In this document: in pieces, positions 25,293 through 39,472 of the stretch
How positions within the stretch are numbered: position 1 is the first letter of the stretch
Layout: every line of letters begins with the position of its first letter
From: Cyanophora paradoxa CCMP329
Lineage: Eukaryota; Plantae; Glaucophyta
Assembly: GCA_004431415.1 (NCBI GenBank)
Contig: QPMI01000242.1
Location: forward strand, 1 to 64,000
Direction: 5' to 3'
DNA length: 64,000 nucleotides
Made by a program: the position numbers and the translations under genes
Notes under the pieces: generated by a model
What the model saw: only the letters and a program-made list of their open reading frames with translations
Databases searched by the model: none
Told to the model about the DNA's origin: nothing

Positions 25293-25392
25293 CGAACGCG
25301 AGCCCGTCGGAAAGTGTTCGACGGGTGTGCGAGTGATGGGTAAGGAGTGCACCGAATGATAGGGGGTTCAATCCCCTAGGCTAATTTGCAAC

Positions 25393-25733
25393 ACAGGGGG
25401 GTAGTACAGTAATATTTAATGCAACGCGCAAACTTGATTACGAACTAGCTGTGCAATTTAAATTTGGCTGGACGGGCCAGCCACGGGAGTTCGTCGCCGG
25501 GTTGCCAAGTTGGACTGGGGCAGGACTCTAGCTATGATTGCGTTTACAATTTCAAATTCTGGCTGGATTTGACATGGGAATCTCTCTGTTATTCGTCAAG
25601 CTATGGCGCGATTCAGATTACATCGACGAAAGGGGGAAGTTTGAAAGGGGGGGGGGGGAGAATCCTGCTTGAAATACCTAGGATGTTTGCGTGTCTATCA
25701 TCTCAGCGCGATCCGCGCCAACGCCAATGTACC
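25393..25733. repeat. Direct duplicate of the purA 3' end and downstream region (28924-29256)
   Basis: Near-identical from GGGGTAGTACAGTAATATTT to ACGCCAATGTACCG. Confidence 0.9.
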
Positions 25734-25783
25734 GCATTTGGACACGTACTAAAAATCGCAGAAACGGGGGTAGTACAGTAATC

Positions 25784-27266
25784 GCATTTGGACACGTACT
25801 AAAAACGCAGGTCCGGGCTACAAGTGTGGGAATGTACACTGCGGCCGCCGCGGCCGCGGGCCCAACCCACCAGCAAGCTGGCCGGCCGGGCCCTGCGTGG
25901 CCCCCTAAGGAGAGTAATGCGCCTCCCCGCGGACACTCTGGCTGTAGCTAGCTATAGCTAAAGGTGCCCGCATGCGCGGCGTGGTGCTGCATCGCGTCTT
26001 GTGGCGGCGGGGGTCGTCTCGGGGCGGTGGCGGGAGCCCCTACAGGCCCTGAGGGGGAACCGACATGGAGTCAGCCTGCGGGGGGGCGCGAAAAGGGGTC
26101 AGATCGAAATCGAACGGTCTCGATATCCAAATCAAAGCGAACGGGGGCGCACTCGATCGACGAGCCTCCCACCCAGAGGAGCGCCTGCGCGGGCCGCGGG
26201 CGGAGGACGATCAGCCGCCGAGCAGATCGACGCTCCAGGGCTCCTGCGCGCGCGGTGCGCACCTGGGGCGCGTCTTGGGCGGGAGCCCCTACGGACCCTG
26301 GGGGGGTCCGACATGGAGTCAGCCTGCGCCGGAGGGCGAAAAAGGGGGTCAGATCGATATATCGAAAAAGCCTTGGTTTCAAAGGGAACGGGGGCGCACT
26401 CGATCGACGTGCCTCCCGCCAAAGCCGAGCGCCTGCGCGCCGAAGGGCGCAACGATGCATCAGAGGACCGCCGCGGAGTGGGCGCCCGGGCGCGGAGCGC
26501 CGCGAACCCGGTGTGCCCTCTGCCTCGTTGGGAAGACGAGCCTGCCGCGACGCGAAGGTGAGGAAGTGGGGCTCGGCGCGAGGCGCGCGAGGGCGCACTC
26601 GAAAGCGGCGGAGGCAGCCCGCTGCGAGCGACGAGAACATGTCAAGGAACTTCGGAACGACGCGCGGGCAAAACGCGCGCGCGCGTGCTCACGAGGGCCG
26701 GTGGCAGCTATGATGAGCCCCCTGCGCGGAGAAGCGCAGCTCCCGAGGCGGCGCGGGCCAACCGCAGGAGTCACCGGTTGGACTGGCCATGGGGTAGGAC
26801 TAGTGCTATAGCTATGATTGTACAATTCCAGATCTAGAGTTTTGGCTGGATCCCCGCGGTCCTCCTTAAGCTTGCAATTGCATGCCGCAGTGCAGTGGAA
26901 CCTGCGCATCGCGAGTCAAACTGAATTCGAACAGCCAGGTGTGAGGGAGCTCATTAACGCTTTTTCAGGCGGCGCTTCGAATTCTTCATAGCTTCGCGTC
27001 TTGTGGCGGGGGGGGGGGGGGGGTCATCTCGGGGTGGTGGCGGGAGCCCCTACGGCCGCGGGTTCCAGGGACTCGACATGAAGTAAGCCTGCAGAGGGGC
27101 GCGGACGGTCATAGGAGCGATTGCGATTAGGGCGTCTTTGGATCTGCAACTACTTCTTAGAGCATCGAGAGGGGAAGAACTGTGCGTGCCCCTCCCTGCC
27201 TGAGGGTACCCTGTGCCTGCTTGCATCTGTAGCCCGGACCTGCATTTTTAGTACGTGTCCAACTGC
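25784..27266 (+). mobile_element. Non-autonomous TIR element, family A (39-bp TIRs)
   Basis: 25784-25822 GCATTTGGACACGTACTAAAAACGCAGGTCCGGGCTACA is the inverted match (37/39) of 27228-27266; internal duplicated module; no transposase ORF recognised; no clear TSD. Confidence 0.75.
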
Positions 27267-27307
27267 TTGAATTCGATATGACGCACAGAAGAGCTCACAC
27301 TACTTGA

Positions 27308-28577
27308 CTAAGGCCACTCGACTTCCATATCATTGACTTTCTCTTCGTATTGAACTGACTGCAATCAAGGTCAAAAAAGGTTCACGGTTGTGAAATCAAG
27401 GCAAGAGGCATACCACCCGTTGCAAAATCGCTTTAAAAACAACAACTTCGCCAGGGACAAAGAGCTTGTGGTCAATCACAATATCTGCAGAACAAAATCC
27501 AAAAATCAAAAACAGCCCGCCTTTACAATATATGCGGTGAGTCTCACCTGTCACAGAGCAACCATGCATGTGCTTGGAGAGTGTGTGGTAGATGCCAGCA
27601 AGGCAATGCTGCACATCAATGTCTCGTATGCGACTCTGGCAGGAGTTGAGGCACAGGAGAACGAAAAAACATCAGAGGAAAAAGGTTGCACTTCCTTAGA
27701 AAACTGTGTGAGAAGTTCATTCAGCGTCGTGTCTTTTTCAAATGCAGCAGACAAGATCTTCTGCACCCCTCGCTCAGGCAATTGCAGACGTTCTTTGAGT
27801 TCTTCAGCTGCGCTTTCTGAGAAAACCGTCAGAGGCTTGAAGGGGGTTAAGGTTGAAGAAAGAGCACCCAGGGCGCCACGCAAGTTGCGCCTGCCCTCGC
27901 GCTCTAGAAGTTTTGCTTTGGAGTTGGCAAGATCACGCAGGAGGTTGTTCATCTTAGCGCTGTAGCGCTGGTCCTTTTCCTGAAGCAGATCGTCCTTCTC
28001 CCGCAGGCGGTCATCCTTCTCCCGTAGGCGCTCTTTCAGGGCCTCGAATTGTGCAATCGTCAAGTTAATGATGCCCGATACAAGGATTCTCTCGTCCTTA
28101 CTTGCGCTTTTTGTGACCACCTCCTTGAGAGAATCAAGAGCCTCGACAAGAGCTGCCACGGTTGTGTTACTCTAGCCCAGCATCGAGCACAAAACGAAAC
28201 GCACGTTCAGGAGATGCTGACGTCGAGAACTCTGCGGGCATCGAGCGCCCGGGCCTGATTGCAGGGATTTCATTGGAACGACCGAGGAAGCTCGCCTTCC
28301 TGGGAAACATGTCTTGTTAGCTTCCCCGGCCTGAAACTTGCGCACCGCGAAGCCCAAGACCCACGCGCATGGTTGTGTGAGACATGGTTGAGTGGTTGCG
28401 TGAGACACAGGAGTCAAGTGCGGGTGCCTGCAGGGCGACCGATCCGCTGCGCTTCCAGATGGGCACCCGTAGCAGCAGAAGTGGTGACCCCGGAAGTAGT
28501 GCACTGCAGGGATGGGGACGTCGGACCCCGGGGACGAACAGCGAAAACGCTCGCGGAGCTGCAAGGACGCAGTTCAT
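27308..28577 (-). CDS. Uncharacterised protein with EKD coiled-coil and C-terminal IYHTLSKHMHG motif
   Basis: Long exon LREKDDRLREKDDLLQEKD...RNLRGAL; spliced continuation SRIRDIDVQHCLAGIYHTLSKHMHG; last exon ending EVEWP-TAG. The start is uncertain. Confidence 0.6.
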
Positions 28578-29200
28578 GGCGAAGGCGCAGCTGTGGCAGT
28601 AGTTTGGGGAGACACTGCGCGCCGCCGCCGCCGCCGCCGGCGCGTTCCCTAGGATGAAAGTTGGACGGTATCCCCCTGATGTCCGCGACTGGACCGGGGA
28701 GGCTGTACCCAGGCAGATGAAATGTTTTTTTTTGCAATACATGTTCTACGTGACGTGCCCTTCCGACCGGTCATCTGTCTAGATCTAGCCGAAACCCAGG
28801 CAGATGAAATGGTGTTGGCGATGGAGGAGGCGGGCCTCTCCCCTGAAGAGAGGGCCCAAATGTTTCTTGCGGCCATCCGGATCCAGGCGGAGGAGACCCC
28901 ATCCCCGCCCGCCCCAACCGTTACAGGGGTAGTACAGTAATATTTAATGCAACGCGCAAACTTGATTACGAACTGTGCAATTTAAATTTGGCTGGACGGG
29001 CCAGCCACGGGAGTTCGTCGCCGGGTTGCCAAGTTGGACTGGGGCAGGACTCTAGCTATGATTGCGTTTACAATTTCAAATTCTGGCTGGATTTGACATG
29101 GGAATCTCTCTGTTATTCGTCAAGCTATGGCGCGATTCAGATTACATCGACGAAAGGGGGAAGTTTGAAAGGGGGGGGGGGAGAATCCTGCTTGAAATAC

Positions 29201-30841
<1,641 letters not shown>

Positions 30842-31377
30842 CTTCTGGGGGGTACCGTACAACATCCGATGCAGATGCCCTCCCCGTTGCATTATGAACC
30901 ACGTATAAAGCAGGTCAACACTGGTTTCGCGGTCACATTCCATTCCGTGCAGCATCGCAAGGTGCGTTGGCGTCTTCCCGTCGTCTTCCCCCTCATCGTG
31001 GTCCGCATGCTCAGCGAATGCACGCGTCGATCACAGGTCACCAGAATCATTTAATTTGAATCAGCGGCGGGCCGCCTCTGCGCGGCCTGGCGAGGCTTCG
31101 GGCACATCCATCGTGCTCGAGCAGCTAGCTAATGTGCCACGGTGGGTAGGCATATTACTGGCCAGTTCGCTGGTGGGCTGGCCATGGGCCTGCGCAGCTG
31201 CGGCTGTGGCGGCCGCAGTGACTCGATATTAGTACGAGTTTAAATGCCGCTCGTTTGGATTCCAAATTAAATAAAGCGGTATCAGAACACATGGGAACAC
31301 TAGGAGAATAGCCCAAAGCCCATCGGTGGGCTGTGTCTCGTCTGGGGTACCGGGTGCTGGACGCAGGCTCTTGCGGT

Positions 31378-32278
31378 AGCTATGAATTCGAAGAAGCGCC
31401 GCCTGAAAAAGCGTTAGTGAGCTCCCTCACACCTGGCTGTTCGAATTCAGTTTGACTCGCGATGCGCAGGTTCCACTGCAGCACTGCGGCATGCAATTGC
31501 AAGCTTAAGGAGGACCGCGGGGATCCAGCCAAAACTCTAGATCTGGAATTGTACAATCATAGCTATAGCACTAGTCCTACCCCATGGCCAGTCCAACCGG
31601 TGACTCCTGCGGTTGGCCCGCGCCGCCTCGGGAGCTGCGCTTCTCCGCGCAGGGGGCTCATCATAGCTGCCACCGGCCCTCGTGAGCACGCGCGCGCGCG
31701 TTTTGCCCGTGCGTCGTTCCGAAGTTCCTTGACATGTTCTCGTCGCTCGCAGCGGGCCGCCTCCGCCGCTTTCGAGTGCGCCCTCGCGCGCCTCGCGCCG
31801 AGCCCCACTTCCTCACCTTCGCGTCGCGGCAGGCTCGTCTTCCCAACGAGGCAGAGGTTGCGCCCTTCGGCGCGCAGGCGCTCGCCTTTGGCGGGAGGCT
31901 CGTCGATCGAGTGCGCCCCCGTTCGCTTTGATTTGGATATCGAGACCGTTCGATTTCGATCTGACCCCTTTTCGCGCCCCCCCGCAGGCTGACTCCATGT
32001 CGGGCCCCCCCAAGGGCCTGTAGGGGCTCCCGCCACCGCCCCGAGACGACCCCCGCCGCCACAAGACGCGATGCAGCACCACGCCGCGCGTGCGGGCACC
32101 TGTAGCTATAGCTAGCTACAGCCAGAGTGTCCGCGGGGAGGCGCATTACTCTCCTTAGGGGGCCACGCAGGGCTCGGCTGGCCAGCTCGCTGGTGGGCTG
32201 GGCCCGCGGCCGCGGCGGCCGCAGTGTACATTCCCACACTTGTAGCCCGGACCTGCGTTTCAGTACGTGTCCAAATGC
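31378..32278 (-). mobile_element. Family A copy, inverted relative to the 25784 copy, internally shortened
   Basis: Reverse-complement match to 25784-26993 with an internal deletion. Confidence 0.85.
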
Positions 32279-32769
32279 GATGCTCACAATTCAATATTAA
32301 TGATTTGATCCTTCACCGCCGAAACCACGCCGCCGCTAGCTATATAGAGCGAGCCGGAAATGCGGCAGATATATAGAGAGGGAGCAGCCGGCGGCGGCCG
32401 CCGTCGCTTTAATTTGGGGGTGGGCCGGGCCGGGGGCGCCGGCAGCTTCCAGGCTGCGCATGCGCATGCAGCGGTACCGGTCCGTACGCGTATACTGGTG
32501 GACCCGGCCACGGGAGTCAATCTGCACCGGTACTGTGGCACCGTACGTGTATACGTACCGGGGGCGGCTGCAGCCGCTGATCATGAGCTGCAGAGGTGGA
32601 GCTAGCGCGCGCTGCCCCTTGCAGTTGCAATTGCAATCGATATCAGGGGTGGAGCCCCAGAGTGTTAACGTTACTCCCCTTACGTATGCGTACGGGCCTC
32701 GGGCCGGGGGGAGGGGATCCGCGGGCCTTGGGCCGGGGGGAGGGGATCCGGAGGCCTAGGGAAGGGGGG

Positions 32770-32805
<36 letters not shown>

Positions 32806-33185
32806 GGCGGGGCCATGGACAGCAACTGCAAGGGCCGCCCTTCGAATTTCTGTGTCTATCTCACACAGGCGTAGTCCGCAGTGTCTACGCTGAACTCACC
32901 CATACAGTCGATCGCGATTGCAAAAAACAGCTGACTCTGTACTACGTTTCCTTGAGCAAGGTACTCCTCGTACCCCTCCAGTTCGTTCAGCTCGTTCACT
33001 CAGATGTTGCAGCTCGAGCTCTTTTGGAATCATGAATAATCACTGAATAATAATCACTGAATAATCACTTGTTGGCCGAAGCTTGCGTGCACCAGCGACT
33101 CGGTGGAGGCTCTCTGCAGCCTTCGGGTTGTCAGGACAGCGGGGGGGAAAGATGTGTGTGCGCGCTATAGAATGTGGCCTGGAGC

Positions 33186-34035
33186 TCATGTACAAGTTGC
33201 CGAACAGTCCGGAGCCGAACCGCATCTATCTTGGACTTCCCCGACCCTATCGCACTGGACAGCCTTCGTTCTCCACCACCCAACAGAACTCACCACCCGT
33301 TCTCCAGATACTTTTGGGTAGTAGAAACTTTGAAAAAGTTCCGGGTTTGCCCAAGAATCCTTCATTGTCGACATAAGTCTTCTTAGGTCGGTGCACGCTT
33401 GCTGGGGAGTTGATCCTGTCGGAGGCATGCTCGGGGACGGGGCCGGCGATGCCGCCTTCACCGAGGACGAACGCGGCACAGAAGGAGTGGTCGGGGCGGG
33501 TGGTGTCGCATGCGCATTACTGGACGCAGGGGCATTCGATGCGGGGCTCTCGCTCTCCAGAAGCTCTGTGAGCCCCTGCGGCTGGCCCTGCGAGGATGAA
33601 GGTCAGACGGGCGCATACATCACAGGCCGAGTCCGACGGCCCGCACCTTGATCGGAGAGCGCGCATATCCAGCAGTGGGCGCCGAAACGGACTTCCTCAG
33701 GTCAGGCACAGTGGCCGCTGGGGGCGGGGAGGCGGAAAGGTCGCGGGACGAGGTCTTTTCGCCGCGGTCAGCGGCTGCATAGAGCAATCAGACATGCAGG
33801 AGGCGCCGTCGCGGACGGGTCGAAAACCTAGAAAGGGGTTGTCGGTAGAGAGTCGCGCGATGTACCCGCGCCTGCCGCAGCGCACATCCTCAGTGCAACT
33901 TCAACGGTATCAGCCCGCCTGATGATAGAAAAGGCTGCACGTTTCGATGGGGTCAGGTTCACGGCGCGGCGTGCCGGGCGGGGCTTCGATGCTGGTCCTT
34001 GCGATGCTGGGCGGGCGATACAGGGCAGGCCGCAT
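33186..34035 (-). pseudogene. Chimeric partial duplicate of the 35811-37325 gene fused to unrelated sequence
   Basis: 33375-34100 is almost identical to 36665-37390. The intron at 36595-36649 is absent, and similarity ends at ~33333 after DSWANPELF. Confidence 0.7.
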
Positions 34036-34172
34036 GTTGGCTGAACTCAGCTCGCGCAGAGGTAGCACTAGCTGCTGAAGTCGAAGCTAGGAACGCTGCC
34101 CGACGAGCTAGATTAAGCGCAGGCCGCATTGGTTCCGGCTCAAGCTGCTGAATGCAAAACTAGGTTCGTTGC

Positions 34173-34745
34173 GCCCATCGCGCCGTCGATGATCAGGATG
34201 CGCTCGTTCATCAGCTTTCGCAGCCTCCTGAAGATTTCTGCCGGGCACCTGCACGTGAGGCTGCGGGCGCAACTGGAACCTTTCTGGGCTGGGCAATCGC
34301 ACCACGCTCGGCAGCCGCCTCCGCCGGGTCGCTCGGCGCGCGGGACGTTGCTGCACGAGCGTGAGCGCCGGGCGGGGCGTGGGCGGGCCAGCGGTGCGCG
34401 GGGCGAGTAGCGAGGCCGCGCGCGGGGGCTCGCACATGTACTGTATGGAACGCCATTGCCAATCTGTGTCGACATCCCGGTGATAGCCGGCTATGCTCTC
34501 GGTTGCGCGGCGCGAGCCGGAGATGCTTGCCGAGGCTCCCGCGAACGATCGGAGGGCGCCGGAGACCGGCAGCAACTACGGAAGTGGATCGGCGGGGATG
34601 ATTCCCGGATGAAAAGCCCAGGGGTACACACACAGCCGATCGAGCAGTCTGGACCGCCGCTGGCTCGCGGCACGCCGCCCGGCGCGTTCTAGCTAGACTT
34701 AGCGATCATGAGGAGAGCGCTCCTAGGCCTCGCGCGCCCTGCTCG
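34173..34745 (-). pseudogene. Inverted duplicate of the metH 5' exons, shared promoter and MESD-like start (45015-45552)
   Basis: Encodes ..[23 protein letters not shown] and then breaks off. Confidence 0.9.
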
Positions 34746-34910
34746 CCGGGCTCGCCTAGGGGGAAACGCGTACGTATACGGCCGCGCCGGGCTTGCAACT
34801 GCAAGGGCCGCCCTTCGAATTCCTGCGTCTAGCGCACACAGGCGTAGTCCGCAGTGTCTACGCTGAACGCACCCATACAGTCGATTGCAAAAAACAGCCG
34901 CTGAGCTGAC

Positions 34911-35097
34911 AGCTATGAGGGGAGGCACGGCGCGATAGCTAGCGCGCGCGGCTGACCGGAGCACAAGTCGACCAGCTTCCCCAGTCATCGTGGACCGCAT
35001 GCTCAGCGAATGCACGCGTCACAGGTCACCAGAATCAGCGGCGGGCCGCCTCCGCGCGGCCTGGCGAGGCTTCGGGCACATCCATCGTGCTCGAGCA
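34911..35097. repeat. Deleted duplicate of the purA 5' region (30723-30793 joined to 30993-31122)
   Basis: Direct sequence match; the junction lies at CTTCCC microhomology. Confidence 0.85.
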
Positions 35098-35106
35098 AAT
35101 GCCTTC

Positions 35107-35760
35107 TCCGCCTCGGGAGCTCCGCTTCTCCGCGCAGGGGGCTCATCATAGCTGCCACCGGCCCTCGTGAGCACGCGCGCGCGCGTTTTGCCCGCGCGTC
35201 GTTCCGAAGTTCCTTGACATGTTCTCGTCGCTCGCAGCGGGCCGCCTCCGCCGCTTTCGAGTGCGCCCTCGCGCGCCTCGCGCCGAGCCCCACTTCCTCA
35301 CCTTCGCGTCGCGGCAGGCTCGTCTTCCCAACGAGGCAGAGGTTGCGCCCTTCGGCGCGCAGGCGCTCGCCTTTGGCGGGAGGCTCGTCGATCGAGTGCG
35401 CCCCCGTTCGCTTTGATTTGGATATCGAGACCGTTCGATTTCGATCTGACCCCTTTTCGCGCCCCCCCGCAGGCTGACTCCATGTCGGGCCCCCCCCAGG
35501 GCCTGTAGGGGCTCCCGCCACCGCCCCGAGACGACCCCCGCCGCCACAAGACGCGATGCAGCACCACGCCGCGCGTGCGGGCACCTTTAGCTATTTAGCT
35601 AGCCAGAGTGTCCGCGGGGAGGCGCATTACTCTCCTTAGGGGGCCACGCAGGGCTCGGCCGGCCAGCTTGCTGGTGGGCTGGGCCCGCGGCCGCGGCGGC
35701 CGCAGTGTACATTCCCACACTTGTAGCCCGGACCTGCGTTTTTAGTACGTGTCCAAATGC
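35107..35760 (-). mobile_element. Family A copy (truncated)
   Basis: Near-identical to 31623-32278. Confidence 0.85.
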
Positions 35761-35810
35761 GACTCTGTACAAGCACGGCTAATTGTTGCGGCAACGTGCT
35801 CCGGACGCTA

Positions 35811-37325
35811 TTACTGTAGGAGGCTCCGAACTGCAGTAAGCTTGCCTTCATATTCCGCCTTCAGCTTTTCCATAGACTGCTCGTAAGTTTCCTTGAGTTT
35901 GAACAGCGCCTGAAGACGAGGTTATTATTGTGCAAACGCAGATGGAGAGGATTAACAAAAAACACTTGCCTTTTCGCGCTCGGATCTCTCCTCCTCCAAA
36001 GCCTGCTCCAGCGCCGCCCGCCTTGACACAGAGCGCGCAAGTTTCTCTTCCAGATCCTTCGACCGTTGCTCTATATCTTCGTGCTCAAAGCGAAGCTTGT
36101 CGGATGCGTTCTGAGCCTTGAGCTTGGTGATTTCCTCCAGTGTGTCCTTCCGCAGCTGCTGCTGTTGCTGCAGCTGGGCCTCGACCAGTTTAAGAGACTG
36201 CTTCAGGGCCTCCGCATCCGATCGCGCCTTCTGAGCCTCCGTGTCAGCCTGCACAAGCCGTGTTTCCAGCAACTTCAGACGGTCACGCAGGTCCGTGATT
36301 TCGCGGGCTTCGCCAGCTTGCGGAGGAGGCTTGCGCGTCACTGCCGCAAGACGTTCTGAAAGCTGCAGAGAGACGCAGTCAGAGAAGGCTATTTCACTTC
36401 CTCCCCACGTAAAGCACCTTGTCGCGCTCTGCACTGATCGCTGTGATCTGGTCGAGCAGGCGTTGATGATCAGAACTGCTACTTGGCGCCTCCGCCACGG
36501 AAGTGGCTCCGTTTGTCGCGCGCTCGAGCTCGTCGATTCGCGAGTACGCTAACGCCAGGCTCCGAGAAAAAAGTTCCGGGTCCGCCCAAGCATCCTGCGC
36601 ACATCGGATGAGGATGTGAACACAGGGGCAGCGCGCGAATAACACGCGCCTTCATTGTGGACAGAAGTCTTCTTAGGTCGGTGCACGCTTGCTGGGGAGT
36701 TGATCCTGTCGGAGGCATGCTCGGGGACGGGGCCGGCGATGCCGCCTTCACCGAGGACGAACGCGGCACAGAAGGAGTGGTCGGGGCGGGTGGTGTCGCA
36801 TGCGCATTACTGGACGCAGGGGCATTCGATGCGGGGCTCTCGCTCTCCAGAAGCTCTGTGAGCCCCTGCGGCTGGCCCTGCGAGGATGAAGGTCAGACGG
36901 GCGCATACATCACAGGCCGAGTCCGACGGCCCGCACCTTGATCGGAGAGCGCGCATATCCAGCAGTGGGCGCCGAAACGGACTTCCTCAGGTCAGGCACA
37001 GTGGCCGCTGGGGGCGGGGAGGCGGAAAGGTCGCGGGACGAGGTCTTTTCGCCGCGGTCAGCGGCTGCATAGAGCAATCAGACATGCAGGAGGCGCCGTC
37101 GCGGACGGGTCGAAAACCTAGAAAGGGGTTGTCGGTAGAGAGTCGCGCGATGTACCCGCGCCTGCCGCAGCGCACATCCTCAGTGCAACTTCAACGGTAT
37201 CAGCCCGCCTGATGATAGAAAAGGCTGCACGTTTCGATGGGGTCAGGTTCACGGCGCGGCGTGCCGGGCGGGGCTTCGATGCTGGTCCTTGCGATGCTGG
37301 GCGGGCGATACAGGGCAGGCCGCAT
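35811..37325 (-). CDS. Uncharacterised coiled-coil protein
   Basis: Consistent spliced frame MRPALYRPP...|RGYIARL...|...LLSTMK|DAWADPELF...|LSERLAAV...EREK|ALFKLKETY...LLQ-TAA; heptad-rich C-terminus. Confidence 0.7.
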
Positions 37326-37575
37326 GTTGGCTGAACTCGGCTCGCGCAGAGGTAGCACTAGCTGCTGAAGTCGAAGCTAGGAACGCTGCCTTTCCGACTG
37401 ATCAGCCTTCTGGCCGAACAACTGAAGGGCCAACGTTTGCTGTACCCAACCGGGCCTTGAACCGTCGGCAACCGAGCAGCCTCCAGCCACCACGGCCCTG
37501 CATCGCCTTCTCTGCCGAGCCGCGGGCGTTGCAGCATCTGGAAGCCTGCGGCCCCTGAGCAGCAAGCCACGCGCC

Positions 37576-38966
37576 ATGTTCGCCTCCCCAGCGGCCCCAG
37601 CCTTGGCGGCGAACGCAGCCGGTGCCCTGGGCAAGCCATCTGTTATATGTACGCACCCCCGACCGCTCCAGCTTCGACTGGCGACTGGGATCGATCTCGA
37701 TCGCCGCGCAGCTCCAGCGCAAATCCGGATGCGCGTTGACCTTGCGGCGGCGGCGGCGAGCCCCCTGCGGCGATCCTTCTATGGCGCTTTGATTCGACCG
37801 AGCTCGATCTGGGTGGCGGGCGGGCGCCAGCACACGAGTGTTCCGTTCTCAGCGCGCGCGATTCGGGCTGCCTCGCCCTTCATTATCGGTGTCGCGGGAG
37901 GTACGAACCTGCACAGCACATCTTGGCGATGTAACCCGCAGCAGGCACTGCGTCCGGGAAGACCACCGTGTGCGATAAGATCATCGAGCACGTATGCATC
38001 CCGTACTGAAGGACGCATGCGCAGCGTCCCCTAAAGTCGAAGCCGCCGCGCTGTGCAGCTTCAGGACAAGCGCGTAGTCAACATATCACAGGATGCATTT
38101 TACAGGACGCTGCCCGACGACTGGTGCACCCGCTCAGGCTCTCTTTCCATTCTGGACATGACGTTCTCGGTACCGGTCAGGGATCCGTCTGCTATCAACT
38201 GGGATCACCCAGGTGAGCGCGATCTGTGTTGTTTCCAGAAGAAGCCGAGACCGCACTGATCAGCTTTCGTTATTAGACGCTTTTGACAACGACCTGATGC
38301 TGGATACCTTGGCCAAGCTGAAGAATGGCCAGCCCGTGGATATTCCTGTCTACAATTTCGCGAAGAATTCGAGGTGCGCGAATCCACACGCATTCGAGCC
38401 GCGGCTATGACGGAAATGAAGGACGGAGGAGACACAGCGGGTCGAGGGAAGTGAAGTAATCTTGTTCGAGGGCATCCTTGTTTTCTATTCCAAGGTTCAG
38501 CCGGGCCTCGCCTAGGCAGACAATCAACTCAAGAACATCTAACCAATGCTTCCAGGAGCTGCGGGAGCTGATGGATATGAAAATTTTCGTGGATGCTGAT
38601 GCTGACACGAGACTTGCCCGGCGAGGTCTCCGCTGCTGATTTCTATTCGCCATGCCAGCGACACCCTTGTCTGAGAGCGTTGGCTCGGCAGTTCAAAGAG
38701 ACATTCTTGAGCGCGGACGCGATGTCATGGGTGTACTTCACCAATACGAACACTATGTCAAGCCAGCATATGAGGAGTACATCATGCCTGTGCATTTCCC
38801 CTTACTTTCTGAGCAGTGCAATCTAGATTTTAATGTCCTGGGTGAGCAGACAAAGAAACACGCCGACATCATCATTCCTCGGGGAGGCGAGAACACAGTT
38901 GCAATCGACCTTATTGTGCAGCACATTCGCCAGAGGCTGCTTGGTGTCGCCATGATGCATGGTTGA
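37576..38966 (+). CDS. udk: Uridine/cytidine kinase
   Basis: PFIIGVAGG|TASGKTT P-loop, ISQDAFY, NWDHP|[53 protein letters not shown]. The 5' exons are uncertain. Confidence 0.93.
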
Positions 38967-39472
38967 CCACGACTAGCTGTCTGACTAGCTGGAATCGACG
39001 CTCAGCGCGGCTCGGGCTTAACTGCAGGCGTTGATTTGCGCGCAACTGAGTCCAGATGTATACGTAGACCGCGAACACAACGCAATTGGCAGTTGCCGCG
39101 CCGCGGCGCTCTCGCATTGGGTTGGAGCTTGCAATGCCCACGTGCGCTGCCAGGCTGATCATGATCTCGAACTTACGGAAGCTTAAGTCGGCCAGCTGGG
39201 CCCTGTTGTGCCTAGCCTAGTAGGCCTAGGCCTCTCGTGATCATGAGCTCTATGTATGTGATCGAAGTGACTCAGTGAGCCAGTATACGTAAGCCTCTTG
39301 TCGTAGGGCCTTGATGACTGCTCGCCAGCGCAGTTCCTAGATCTAGAGTGAGCTCGAGGGGACACGTGCCCTGCAGGGACTCACTGCCTCTCAAAGATCA
39401 CGCTCACTGGCCCGCGCTGCACGATGAGCCCAGATGTAGACCGCGAACATCGAGTGTCACGTCAAATTAGAT

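Noticed and set aside
25964-26909. ORFs inside family A as a transposase
   Set aside because: No DDE or other recognisable motif, and frames differ between copies.
32766-32803. Long poly-G run as a functional G4 element
   Set aside because: Homopolymer length is unreliable and similar runs occur in introns; there is no further support.
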